DNA of 64,000 nucleotides, taken from NCBI GenBank assembly GCA_964429875.1, contig CAYSDL010000002.1, positions 5,270 through 69,269 of the forward strand, in the 5' to 3' direction. Shown piece by piece: positions 18,496-28,669 of the stretch. This DNA is from an uncultured bacterium (GTDB lineage: Bacteria > Fidelibacterota > Marinisomatia > SCGC-AAA003-L08 > D37C17). The first letter of the stretch is position 1. Every line of letters starts with the position of its first letter. The notes beneath the pieces were generated by a model that saw nothing but the letters and a program-made list of their open reading frames with translations, was not told where the DNA came from and did not search any database. The position numbers were made by a program, and so were the translations under genes.

Positions 18496-20159
18496 AATTA
18501 ATAGAATGTGTTCCAAATTTTAGTGAAGGTCGAGATGAAATAATTATAAACAAAATTATTGACTCTATTAAAACTGTTGAAAACATACATTTATTAGATG
18601 TGGATCCTGGAAAAACAACTAATCGAACCGTTGTAACATTTGTAGGAACACCAGAGTCTGTCTTGATTGCTGCATTTAATGGAATAAAAACTGCATCTAA
18701 ACTTATTAATATGAAGATTCATAAAGGGGAGCATCCTCGTATGGGTGCTACTGATGTATGTCCATTAATACCCGTCTCGAATGTCACAATGAAAGAATGT
18801 ATAAATTTATCACATAAATTAGCAAAAATGGTTTCTGATAAATTAAATATCCAAGTTTTCATGTATGAAAATTCAGCAAAACATAAAGATAGATCTAATC
18901 TATCAAATATTCGAAAAGGTGAATATGAAGGCATGGAAACAAAAGTTAATGATTCTTCATGGATTCCTGATTATGGAAATAATATACTATTTAATAAAAA
19001 ATCAGGAGTGACTGCAATAGGTGCGAGAGAATACTTAATTGCATATAATATTAATTTAAATACACAAAATAAAAAAATAGCAACTGATATAGCATTAGAT
19101 ATAAGAGAAGCTGGCAGAGCTAAAAGAGATAATAATGGCAAAATACTTAGAGATAAAAGTGGATCAATAATTAAAAAACCAGGAAAACTAAAGTTTTGCA
19201 AAGCTGTAGGCTGGTATATTGATGAATATAATATTGCACAAGTTTCAATAAATCTAACAAATTTCAAAAAAACTTCAATGCATAAAACATTTGAAGAAGT
19301 AAGAAGACAAGCAAGAAAAAGGGGGCTACGTGTTACTGGCAGTGAAGTTGTTGGATTATTGCCCAAAAAAGCACTAATTGATGCAGGAAACTATTACCTG
19401 TCTAAGCAAAATGAATCATTAGGAATCCCTGAAATTGACATTATAAAATTAGGTGTATCATCATTAGGTTTAAATGAAATAAATACATTTAAAATAAAAG
19501 AAAAATTAATTGAATATGTTATAGATAACACTAATAATTTACCTGCATTAACAATTGATGATTTCATAAATGAGGTATCACGATCTAGCGCAACTCCTGG
19601 AGGAGGAAGCGTTGCTGCTTTAGTTGGTTCATTAGGAGCTGCATTATCATCAATGGTTAGCAATTTAACTATAAACAAAAAAGGCTTTGAAAGATTCAAT
19701 AAACTACACCAAATCAAATCTAAGCAATGCCAAGTACATAAAGATGAATTATTAAAATATGTTGATAAAGATACAAATGCATATAATGATGTTATTAATG
19801 CAATACGATTACCAAAAAAATCAAAAAAAGAAATCACGCATAGAAATAAAAAAATTTATGAAGCAAACATTAATGCGGCTCAAATACCATTAGAGATTCT
19901 AGAAAAATGCAACATCCTTATACATGAAACATTATCAATTTCTGAAAACTGCAACCCTAATTCAATATCCGACATTGCTGTTGCTAATGATTTAATTTAT
20001 GCTGCAGCAAAAGGAGCCTCTTATAACATTATAATTAATTTATCTTTAGCAAATAAAAAAGATAAGGAGAGATATAGTAATAGTGTTGAATATTATATTA
20101 AACAGATAGAAGATGTCCATCTTAAAATATCAACCATCACAAATAACATACTATTTTAG
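18492..20159 (+). CDS. ftcD: Bifunctional glutamate formimidoyltransferase / formimidoyltetrahydrofolate cyclodeaminase
   Basis: N-terminal MKLIECVPNFSEGRD and HPRMGATDVCP (transferase). C-terminal SSATPGGGSVAALVGSLGAALSSMV (cyclodeaminase). Confidence 0.88.
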   Translation: MKLIECVPNFSEGRDEIIINKIIDSIKTVENIHLLDVDPGKTTNRTVVTFVGTPESVLIAAFNGIKTASKLINMKIHKGEHPRMGATDVCPLIPVSNVTMKECINLSHKLAKMVSDKLNIQVFMYENSAKHKDRSNLSNIRKGEYEGMETKVNDSSWIPDYGNNILFNKKSGVTAIGAREYLIAYNINLNTQNKKIATDIALDIREAGRAKRDNNGKILRDKSGSIIKKPGKLKFCKAVGWYIDEYNIAQVSINLTNFKKTSMHKTFEEVRRQARKRGLRVTGSEVVGLLPKKALIDAGNYYLSKQNESLGIPEIDIIKLGVSSLGLNEINTFKIKEKLIEYVIDNTNNLPALTIDDFINEVSRSSATPGGGSVAALVGSLGAALSSMVSNLTINKKGFERFNKLHQIKSKQCQVHKDELLKYVDKDTNAYNDVINAIRLPKKSKKEITHRNKKIYEANINAAQIPLEILEKCNILIHETLSISENCNPNSISDIAVANDLIYAAAKGASYNIIINLSLANKKDKERYSNSVEYYIKQIEDVHLKISTITNNILF

Positions 20160-21863
20160 ATGAAACAAATTATAAAAAAATTAAACTCAAAGCTTATTGA
20201 TCAAATATCTGCAGGTGAAGTTGTAGATTGTCCAGAATCTGTTATTAAAGAATTAATTGATAATTCTATAGATGCTAAATCCACCATTATTAAAATACAT
20301 CTAAAAAAAGCAGGGACCAGTGAAATCATTGTAAGAGATAATGGCATTGGTATGAATGATACAAACATTGTTAATTGCTTGGAAAGATTTGCTACAAGTA
20401 AAATATCAACACAATCAGATCTTAACAACATTAAAACATTAGGCTTCCGAGGAGAAGCATTGCCAAGCATTTCATCAGTAAGTAAAATAATTATTAAATC
20501 TTCAGGTAATTCAATACAAAATTATTCAAAAAATAAAATGAAGATACTACCTTCAAATATTGAGACTGGGACAGAGATTACAGTCTCAAATATTTTTTAT
20601 AATATACCTGCTCGGAAAAAATTTTTAAAAAGTGATAATTATGAACTAAGAAAAGTAATAAATACAATTAATAAATTTTGTATCGGTTATCCAGAAATAT
20701 CGTTTTTATTAACACATAATAATAAAAAATTAATAAACGTTCAAAGTGAACCCTTAGATTCTAGAATAGTGTCTTTATTAGGAAAGGATTACAAAAAAAA
20801 TCTCTTAAAAGTAGATTCAACGAAAGAAACAGTTTCTATTAATGGATATATTGGTAATCTATCTACAATAAAAAAACGAAAAGGCAACCAATTTTGCTAT
20901 ATTAATAATAGATATATAAATAATAACTTAATAAATATTACAATACACAGTTGTTATAAACATCTTATAGAACGAGGAGAATATCCTTTTTCTGTACTTT
21001 TTTTAACAGTCCCAACAAATATGTTTGATGTGAATGTACACCCAAAAAAACTTGAAGTTAAATTCGACAATGAGTTAAAAATACAGTATTTAATCAAATC
21101 TGCAATTAGCACTATTTTAAAAAATAATTTACTAAAAGTTACTCCAGACTTTTATATCAATAAATCAAAGGGGATACTTGAAAATGAATCCTTTGCATTT
21201 GCTCAATCTATTGATTCTAATAATGTGAATAATAATTTTGAAGAACGTGCATCAGTACTTACTAGTGAAGATCATCGAAATAATGATGATAGCAATGAAA
21301 TAGACAATGTTTGGCAGTTGCATAATAAATATATAATAACAGAAATTAAATCTGGATTAGTAATAGTTGATCAACATGTAGCCCATGAAAGAGTATTATA
21401 TGAAGAAGCAAAGATCGCATTAGATGGAGAAGGATTAAATTCACAAAAGATTTTATTTCCTCAAACATTGTCTTTTGAAACAGAAGAATTTACTTATCTT
21501 CTTGAACTATTGTTATACTTGGAGAAAATTGGTTTTGAGATTAGAAAGTTTGGTGAAAGGTCAGTCATTATTGAAGGAGTTCCATCAGAACTCTCACTTG
21601 GAAAAGAAAAAGAAATAATACAGGACATCCTTGAAAATTATATGGAAAGTAAAGAATTAAATTCGTCATTTATTGAATATATGGCAGCGACCTATGCATG
21701 CAAAGCAGCAGTTAAAGCAGGTGAAAGCTTAACACAAATTGAATGTTTGGAACTCATAAATAAACTTTTCAACACAAATCATCCATATTATTGTCCACAT
21801 GGCAGACCAATAATTGTAAACTTAACAATAGATGAACTTGATAAACGATTTGAAAGACACTAA
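20160..21863 (+). CDS. mutL: DNA mismatch repair protein MutL
   Basis: IDQISAGEVVDCPESVIKELIDNSIDA, DNGIGM, LGFRGEALPSISSVS, and C-terminal CPHGRPI. Confidence 0.93.
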   Translation: MKQIIKKLNSKLIDQISAGEVVDCPESVIKELIDNSIDAKSTIIKIHLKKAGTSEIIVRDNGIGMNDTNIVNCLERFATSKISTQSDLNNIKTLGFRGEALPSISSVSKIIIKSSGNSIQNYSKNKMKILPSNIETGTEITVSNIFYNIPARKKFLKSDNYELRKVINTINKFCIGYPEISFLLTHNNKKLINVQSEPLDSRIVSLLGKDYKKNLLKVDSTKETVSINGYIGNLSTIKKRKGNQFCYINNRYINNNLINITIHSCYKHLIERGEYPFSVLFLTVPTNMFDVNVHPKKLEVKFDNELKIQYLIKSAISTILKNNLLKVTPDFYINKSKGILENESFAFAQSIDSNNVNNNFEERASVLTSEDHRNNDDSNEIDNVWQLHNKYIITEIKSGLVIVDQHVAHERVLYEEAKIALDGEGLNSQKILFPQTLSFETEEFTYLLELLLYLEKIGFEIRKFGERSVIIEGVPSELSLGKEKEIIQDILENYMESKELNSSFIEYMAATYACKAAVKAGESLTQIECLELINKLFNTNHPYYCPHGRPIIVNLTIDELDKRFERH

Positions 21864-21901
21864 CCTTTATATTAAATTAGAATATACAAATAGGTTAAAT
21901 A

Positions 21902-22528
21902 ATGAAAAATTATAAAAAATATATATTTACTGGTATTATGTCATTAATACCTATGATGATCACCTTTTGGATTATTCAATATTTATTTATTATCTTTTCT
22001 GTACCAGGAAAGGTGATCGTAAGCAAAATTTTTGATATTGCTTTTTTTAATAATGAATTATTTTTAAAATTACGTTACACTCTTGAATATGTCTTAGGTT
22101 TTGTATTAACAATACTGTTTTTATACTTTGTTGGTATAATTATTTCAAATGTATTAGGTAAACGTTTATATAAATTTTTCGAGAAGATCCTGCAACGGAT
22201 ACCATTAGTAAGTAAAATTTATACAACCGTGAAAAATGTGACGGAGACATTCACAAAACAGGATAGTAAAGCATTTGAAAAAGTTGTATTAATTCAATAT
22301 CCAAGAGAAGACCTTTGGACATTAGCCATGGTAACAGGAGAATCAAAGGATCTACGTTCAATAGAATATTACAACTTATTTGTACCAACAACTCCAAATC
22401 CAACATCTGGTTATCTTATCATGATAAAAAAAAGTGATGCAATTGAAACTGATCTTTCTGTTGATGATGGACTTTCTATTATAATTTCAGGTGGCATGGT
22501 ATCTCCTAAAATATTAAATATAAAATGA
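21902..22528 (+). CDS. DUF502-family membrane protein
   Basis: Two N-terminal TM segments. RIPLVSKIYTTVKNV and PTTPNPTSGYLIMI are as in DUF502. Confidence 0.7.
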   Translation: MKNYKKYIFTGIMSLIPMMITFWIIQYLFIIFSVPGKVIVSKIFDIAFFNNELFLKLRYTLEYVLGFVLTILFLYFVGIIISNVLGKRLYKFFEKILQRIPLVSKIYTTVKNVTETFTKQDSKAFEKVVLIQYPREDLWTLAMVTGESKDLRSIEYYNLFVPTTPNPTSGYLIMIKKSDAIETDLSVDDGLSIIISGGMVSPKILNIK

Positions 22529-24675
22529 ATTTAAATGCAGATAAGTATAGAACAATTATTGAGAACCTCCATGAAGGAATAATTATACTCAATAAAAATT
22601 TCGAAATAATTTATTTAAATAATTTTATTCTTGAATTAATTGAACATACAGAAAGTCAAATGATAAATAAAAACTTTCTAGATTTTCTCGATGAAAAAAA
22701 TAATGAATTATTAAAAAATAAATTAATTAGTAATGATTCTAATAATACATGTGATATTAAAATCTTATCTAATTCAAAAAGAAATATTTTTTTAAGAGTT
22801 TCAACAAGCTCATACATTGAAAACAATAATGATAACTATATATGTGTGTGTGAAGATATATCTAATATACATAGAGATGAAGTTGTAAAATCCTGCATTT
22901 ATAAAATATCTGAAGCAATACATGATGTTGATGACTTACAAAGCTTATATAAAGAAATTCATTATATCATATCAGAAGTTACGAATACTAATAACTTCTA
23001 TATTGCCTTAGTTGATTGGAAAACAGAAATTTTAACATTCCCATATTTTGTCGATGAAAAAGATTCCCAACCAAAACCTGCTAAATTAAAAAATGGTCTG
23101 ACTGAATATGTCCTTAGAAGTGAACAATCTATATTATTAAATGAAGACTTATATAAGAATCTTGTCAAACAAAAAGCTATAGATATAGTAGGCAGCCAAT
23201 GTACTAATTGGCTAGGAGTCCCTTTAAAACTAACCAATGGTAAAACTATTGGTATGATTGGTATACAATCATATGATAAAAAAATAAAGTTTACTGAAGA
23301 AGATAAAAAAATACTACTTTTTGTTTCTGATCAAGTTGCTATGGCTATTAAAAGAAAAATTGATGATATTCAGATACATAAACAAGCTCATTATGATCAA
23401 TTAACTGGTTTAACAAATAAAGCTCTATTTCATGATCGTTTAGAGCATGCTATTGAACATGCACGAAGACATGATGAAGTTTTAGCTGTAATGTTTATAG
23501 ACTTAGATAATTTTAAATATGTTAATGATTCAATGGGTCATTCAGCTGGAGATAAACTGATTACTATTATAGCAAATAGACTAAAAGACTGTGTAAGAAA
23601 AGGAGATACAGTATCAAGATGGGGAGGTGATGAATTTACTGTATTACTACCTTCTGTAAAAAGATTAAGCGGTATTTATAAATTATGTAATAGAATCTTA
23701 ACAGAAAAATTTTCAAATATTGTTGTTGAAGGACAAGAACTAAGAATAACTGCGAGTATAGGGATATCTATTTTCCCTCAAGATGGAGACGACGCTGATA
23801 AGTTAATTAAAAATGCTGATGCTGCAATGTATAAATCTAAAGAATTGGGTAAAAATCAGTACAATTTATATGAACCACAAATGAATGATAAAATATTAGA
23901 ACGAATATCATTTGAAAATGGATTATTCAAAGCCATGCAAAATGAAGAATTTACTTTAGTTTATCAACCGCAAATTGAACTAAATAAAAATAAGATAATT
24001 GGTTTTGAAGCATTAGTTCGATGGGACTCTCCTGAAAAAGGTGTTCTTGCACCATATAAATTTATCCCTATAGCTGAAGAAACTAATCTTATTCTTCCTT
24101 TAGGTGAATGGATCATAAAAGAAGTATGTAAATTAAATAAAGAATGGCATGATAGAGGACATAAAAACCTGACAGCAGCAGTAAACATATCTGCAAAACA
24201 ATTTTATCAAAGTGATATTGTTCAAATAGTTAAAAAATCTATTGAAAAAAGTAAACTTGATCCAAATTATCTAGAATTAGAATTAACAGAGAGTATTATA
24301 ATGGATGATGTAGATAAAGCTATAAAAATATTTAATGAGCTTAAATCAATGGGTATTAAAATTTCTATCGATGATTTTGGAACTGGCTATTCATCCTTAA
24401 GCTACTTAAAACAATTTCCGATTGATTGTTTAAAAATAGACCAATCATTTATATCAAATCTTACCAAGGATAGCATCAATGATATAACTATTGCAAATCT
24501 AGTAATTGATCTAGGACATAAATTAGGGTTACAGGTAATTGCCGAAGGAGTAGAAACTCAACAACAAATAGATTTTTTGAGCGAATATGCATGTGATAAA
24601 ATACAAGGATATATAGTAAGTAAACCTTTAAATAAACATGAATTTGAAAAATTGCTTGATAAAAAATATAACTAA
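22525..24675 (+). CDS. PAS-GAF-GGDEF-EAL cyclic-di-GMP signalling protein
   Basis: The diguanylate cyclase motif RWGGDEFTVLL is intact. EAL-domain motifs EALVRW, ELELTES and DDFGTGYSSLSYLK are present. N-terminal PAS-like and GAF-like regions. Confidence 0.88.
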   Translation: MNLNADKYRTIIENLHEGIIILNKNFEIIYLNNFILELIEHTESQMINKNFLDFLDEKNNELLKNKLISNDSNNTCDIKILSNSKRNIFLRVSTSSYIENNNDNYICVCEDISNIHRDEVVKSCIYKISEAIHDVDDLQSLYKEIHYIISEVTNTNNFYIALVDWKTEILTFPYFVDEKDSQPKPAKLKNGLTEYVLRSEQSILLNEDLYKNLVKQKAIDIVGSQCTNWLGVPLKLTNGKTIGMIGIQSYDKKIKFTEEDKKILLFVSDQVAMAIKRKIDDIQIHKQAHYDQLTGLTNKALFHDRLEHAIEHARRHDEVLAVMFIDLDNFKYVNDSMGHSAGDKLITIIANRLKDCVRKGDTVSRWGGDEFTVLLPSVKRLSGIYKLCNRILTEKFSNIVVEGQELRITASIGISIFPQDGDDADKLIKNADAAMYKSKELGKNQYNLYEPQMNDKILERISFENGLFKAMQNEEFTLVYQPQIELNKNKIIGFEALVRWDSPEKGVLAPYKFIPIAEETNLILPLGEWIIKEVCKLNKEWHDRGHKNLTAAVNISAKQFYQSDIVQIVKKSIEKSKLDPNYLELELTESIIMDDVDKAIKIFNELKSMGIKISIDDFGTGYSSLSYLKQFPIDCLKIDQSFISNLTKDSINDITIANLVIDLGHKLGLQVIAEGVETQQQIDFLSEYACDKIQGYIVSKPLNKHEFEKLLDKKYN

Positions 24676-24683
24676 TACAAATA

Positions 24684-25175
24684 ATGAATAACTTAATCGA
24701 AAAAATAACACTATCTGATTATAATAACCTTTTCTATGCTTGTGCTATTATCTTGCTATCATGGATTCTTGGTCATTTTATTAAATATGTTACAACAACT
24801 AAATTATTAAATAATAATAATAACCCAGCACTTATTCGATTATTAGGTAAGGCTATCAAAAATTTACTTTTGTTAATTGGAATTATTAGTGGTCTAGGAA
24901 CTATAGGAATAGATATTTCAGCAATGGTTGCCGGGTTAGGCTTAACAGGATTTGCATTAGGATTTGCAATGAAGGACATATTATCAAACATGATATCAGG
25001 AATCTTAATATTATTATACCAACCTTTTTCAGTGGAAGATAATATTAAAGTTGATAAATTTGAAGGAAAAGTAACTGAGATCAACTTAAGATATACTTCA
25101 ATAAAACAAAACGAAGAAATAATACTATTACCTAATTCATTTATCTATTCAAAACCAATTGTTGTGAAAAAATAA
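24684..25175 (+). CDS. Short MscS-family mechanosensitive channel homologue
   Basis: GLGLTGFALGFAMKDILSNMISGILILLYQPFSVEDNIKV is the pore helix/beta-domain signature. At only 163 aa, it lacks the C-terminal alpha-beta domain. Confidence 0.7.
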   Translation: MNNLIEKITLSDYNNLFYACAIILLSWILGHFIKYVTTTKLLNNNNNPALIRLLGKAIKNLLLLIGIISGLGTIGIDISAMVAGLGLTGFALGFAMKDILSNMISGILILLYQPFSVEDNIKVDKFEGKVTEINLRYTSIKQNEEIILLPNSFIYSKPIVVKK

Positions 25176-25179
25176 TTTT

Positions 25180-26163
25180 TTAAATTCTAATACTATCTAG
25201 TATTTTGTGCATATCTACAACGTTATCACACATCATTAATTCTCTTCTATAATTCGAAGAGTTGTGAAAACTTTTCAAGTAATAGTTAATATGTTTTTTT
25301 GAAAGATTTACACTAGCTATAGAAGATTTGTTTTTATCGAGCAAATCTATATGTGTCTTGCATGTCAATATAATATCTTCTAATGATGGTAATGTAATAT
25401 CCTCTCCGTTTAACGATTCACTTATTTGTTTAAAAATCCATGGATTTCCCAATGCTCCTCTTCCTATCATAACTGCATCACACTTTGTATAATTTTTAAT
25501 TTTATTATATGACTCAATGCTTGTTACATCTCCATTTCCTATAATAGGAATAGAAACATTTTTTTTTAAATCCTTAATTAAATCCCAATTTGAATGCCCA
25601 GTATACCCTTGCTTAGTTGTCCTTGCATGCAAAGTAATTGCTTTAATTCCAGCTTCTTCTAATATAGTGCCAGCCTCTAATGTAACAATACTGTTAGAAT
25701 CCCAGCCTGATCTCATTTTAGCTGTTACAGGAATATTTGGTACAGCATCTACAACTGATGAGGATATCTCTTTCATTAATGATAGGTTTCTTAAAGCTGC
25801 TGATCCAGCTCCTCTTTTAGTTATTTTAGGGACGGGACACCCAAAATTAATATCAATAATATCTGGTTTGTAATTATCATAAATAAATTTTGCTGATTTT
25901 GAAACTGTTAATGGACTATCGCCAAATATTTGAACTCCTATTGGTCTTTCTTCATCGGTAAATTTTATCATATTAAGTGTTTTTAAGTTTTTTCTGATTA
26001 TACCTTCTGCGCTTACAAATTCTGTATATACAACAGAGGCTCCCATTCTTTTATTTATAATTCTACATGGCATATCAGTCACGCCGGCCATTGGTGCTAA
26101 AAATAGAGGATTATTAATTTTTAAATTACCAAGATTCATCTTATTTAACTTATTTATACTCAT
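25180..26163 (-). CDS. dusB: tRNA-dihydrouridine synthase
   Basis: LAPMAGVTDMPCR, DINFGCPVPKI, ITLHARTTKQGYTG and MIGRGALGNPWIF. Confidence 0.9.
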   Translation of the reverse strand: MSINKLNKMNLGNLKINNPLFLAPMAGVTDMPCRIINKRMGASVVYTEFVSAEGIIRKNLKTLNMIKFTDEERPIGVQIFGDSPLTVSKSAKFIYDNYKPDIIDINFGCPVPKITKRGAGSAALRNLSLMKEISSSVVDAVPNIPVTAKMRSGWDSNSIVTLEAGTILEEAGIKAITLHARTTKQGYTGHSNWDLIKDLKKNVSIPIIGNGDVTSIESYNKIKNYTKCDAVMIGRGALGNPWIFKQISESLNGEDITLPSLEDIILTCKTHIDLLDKNKSSIASVNLSKKHINYYLKSFHNSSNYRRELMMCDNVVDMHKILDSIRI

Positions 26164-26183
26164 TTATTTAATTAAATTATTGT

Positions 26184-26459
26184 ATGGAAATTTTACAACA
26201 AATGGGTTCATTACCAATATTTTTTCTTATGTTTATCATTATTTATTTTTTAATGATAAGGCCCAATTCTATACAACAAAAAAACCACACAAACTTATTA
26301 AATAATTTGAAAAAAGGTGATAAGATAATTACACGTGGTGGAATAGTTGGCAAGATAGTTGACATTCAAGGGGCAAAAAAGGATAAACTAATTGTTAATG
26401 TTGGCGATAACACAAAAATCAATATTTTAAAATCATATATCGTTTCACTTTCAGAGTAA
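26184..26459 (+). CDS. yajC: Preprotein translocase subunit YajC
   Basis: One TM segment, then IRPNSIQQKNHTNLLNNLKKGDKIITRGGIVGKI. 91 aa. Confidence 0.88.
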   Translation: MEILQQMGSLPIFFLMFIIIYFLMIRPNSIQQKNHTNLLNNLKKGDKIITRGGIVGKIVDIQGAKKDKLIVNVGDNTKINILKSYIVSLSE

Positions 26460-26463
26460 AGCT

Positions 26464-27381
26464 ATGAATATAATATTTTTTGGTAATGGTGATTTCTCAT
26501 TAAAGTCACTAGAGTATTTACATGCTAGCAAACTACATAATATTGTTTTAGCAGTAACAAATAAGGTGAAAAAACAAGGGAGAGGCCTTAAACAAACAAA
26601 TACTCCTATTGCCAGATATTCAATTAATAACAATATTAATCTTTATAAAACTAACAACATTAAAAACATTAAAAATATTGATATATTCAAAAAATATAAT
26701 GCAGACATATTTGTTGTAATAGAGTATAAAATATTACCAAAATACATTTTCAATATTCCAAAGTATGGTACTGTAAATATTCATGCGTCATTACTTCCAA
26801 AATATCGAGGGGCCGCTCCAATACAACGCTCAATTATGAATGGAGATACAACTTTAGGAGTCTCTTCATTTATTATTAATTCATCAGTAGATTCTGGAAA
26901 AATAATTGCTCAAGATAGTTGCTTTTATGACGATTCTCTTACTTATGGAACAATATATAATGAATTGTCTGTTCTTGGTGCAAATCTACTTCTGTTATCA
27001 TTAGATAGAATTAAGATGAATCAACCGATGCTAGATCAAAATAATGAACATGTTACACGAGCATCTAAGATAAGCAAAAAAGAATTAATAATATCTTTTA
27101 AGGATAGCTCTTTTAATATCCATAATAAGATAAGAGCGTTAACTCCTCCAGGTCCATATGCTACAATTAATGGAAAAAAAGTTAAATTTACTAAAACGTA
27201 CTATTCAAGTGATTGTCATAGTTTACATTTAGGTAAACATCAAATCATTGATAACAATATTTATATTGGCTGTTCTTCAGGAAGTCTTATAGTCAAAAAA
27301 TTACAATTTGAAAGCAAAAAAGAAATCTCATCAATTGATTTTTCAAATATGCAGCAATTCAAAAATATTAAATTTGAATAA
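26464..27381 (+). CDS. fmt: Methionyl-tRNA formyltransferase
   Basis: MNIIFFGNGDFS, VNIHASLLPKYRGAAPIQRSI, and a C-terminal Formyl_trans_C-like region. Confidence 0.9.
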   Translation: MNIIFFGNGDFSLKSLEYLHASKLHNIVLAVTNKVKKQGRGLKQTNTPIARYSINNNINLYKTNNIKNIKNIDIFKKYNADIFVVIEYKILPKYIFNIPKYGTVNIHASLLPKYRGAAPIQRSIMNGDTTLGVSSFIINSSVDSGKIIAQDSCFYDDSLTYGTIYNELSVLGANLLLLSLDRIKMNQPMLDQNNEHVTRASKISKKELIISFKDSSFNIHNKIRALTPPGPYATINGKKVKFTKTYYSSDCHSLHLGKHQIIDNNIYIGCSSGSLIVKKLQFESKKEISSIDFSNMQQFKNIKFE

Positions 27382-28669
27382 AGTAACATACAAGTCATCA
27401 CGACATGTCGCTTATGATATTATCTTTGAATTCTTTAGTAAAAAAATTCAATTAAAATCTATATCCTCAAAAATAATATCAAAATATGACTTTAAGAACA
27501 ACGATAAAGCATTTATTAATGAGATCACTGTAGGGTCAATTAGATATTATCATTATATACTGTATCACATAAATGCATTTGTTAAAAATAAGAAAATTGA
27601 TAAAAAATCATTGACAATATTACTTATGGGTATTTATCAATTAAAATTTATGGATAGCGTCCCAGATTATGCCGCAATATCAACATCTGTTGATTTAGCA
27701 AAAGATAAAACAAAGAATAAATATAAATTTGTTAATGCTATACTAAGAAAAGTATCTACAAAAGATATAAATGTCGATATTCCTGAATATGTAAGTTTAT
27801 CTTTTCCTAAATGGTTTTATGATCTAACATTAGATCAATTCAACAAAAATAAAACAATAAATATTCTTAATTTTTTTAATAAAAAACCTATCAATTGGAT
27901 ACGTATAAATGCTGAAAATAGAGTTGTTTTAGATAAACTTGGTGATAATGATATTAAATATCATGTTTTTGAAGATAATAATAATTATATCAAAATAAAA
28001 TCAATATCAAATTTACTTATCCATGAATTAATCAAATCTGGGAATCTTTACATACAATCTCCTGGCTCTTCATTTGTAGTTGATCTACTATCACCTGTTT
28101 CTGGAGAAAGCATTTTAGATGCTTGTGCTGCCCCTGGTGGAAAGCTTACTGATATACTAATTAGAACTTCTAACTCAAGCAAAATTTCTGCATTTGAAAG
28201 TGATCTAAATAGATACAAGTTAACTATTAATAATCTAAAAAATATAAAAGCAGATGTTAATATTTTAAAAAATATTGATTTTTTAAAATATAATAATATT
28301 AAATTTGATAAAATATTACTTGATGTTCCATGCAGTTCATCTGGAACTATTAGTAAAAATCCAGATATAAAGATTAGGAAAACATTGAAGAATTTTACTT
28401 ATCTTAGACAAGTTCAAAAAAGTTTACTAGAAAAAGCATCGACTATCTTAAATAAAGGTGGCTGCATTGTATACAGTACATGTTCAATTTTTGATTGTGA
28501 AAACTGGGATATAATAAATTCATTTCTTTCCAAAAATAAGGAATTTAAAATAATAAATGCAAAAAAATATGTAGGACTTTCATATGTTGATAGACATGGA
28601 GCTTTAAATATTCTGCCTCATAAACATAAATTAGATGGTATGTTTGCAGTACGATTAGAGTTTAAATGA
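27308..28669 (+). CDS. rsmB: 16S rRNA (cytosine-C5)-methyltransferase RsmB
   Basis: NusB-like N-terminal domain. DACAAPGGK, DVPCSSSGT and YSTCSIF. The ORF-track ATG overlaps fmt by 74 nt. An in-frame TTG at 27374 (LNKVTYKSSRHVAYD...) overlaps by only 8 nt and is the more likely start. Confidence 0.88.
   Translation: MKAKKKSHQLIFQICSNSKILNLNKVTYKSSRHVAYDIIFEFFSKKIQLKSISSKIISKYDFKNNDKAFINEITVGSIRYYHYILYHINAFVKNKKIDKKSLTILLMGIYQLKFMDSVPDYAAISTSVDLAKDKTKNKYKFVNAILRKVSTKDINVDIPEYVSLSFPKWFYDLTLDQFNKNKTINILNFFNKKPINWIRINAENRVVLDKLGDNDIKYHVFEDNNNYIKIKSISNLLIHELIKSGNLYIQSPGSSFVVDLLSPVSGESILDACAAPGGKLTDILIRTSNSSKISAFESDLNRYKLTINNLKNIKADVNILKNIDFLKYNNIKFDKILLDVPCSSSGTISKNPDIKIRKTLKNFTYLRQVQKSLLEKASTILNKGGCIVYSTCSIFDCENWDIINSFLSKNKEFKIINAKKYVGLSYVDRHGALNILPHKHKLDGMFAVRLEFK

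Noticed and set aside
27308-27373. The first 22 codons of the ORF-track rsmB (MKAKKKSHQLIFQICSNSKILN), as real coding sequence overlapping fmt by 74 nt.
   Set aside because: The stretch lies entirely inside the fmt 3' end. An in-frame TTG at 27374 gives an N-terminus of normal length for RsmB and only an 8-nt overlap.
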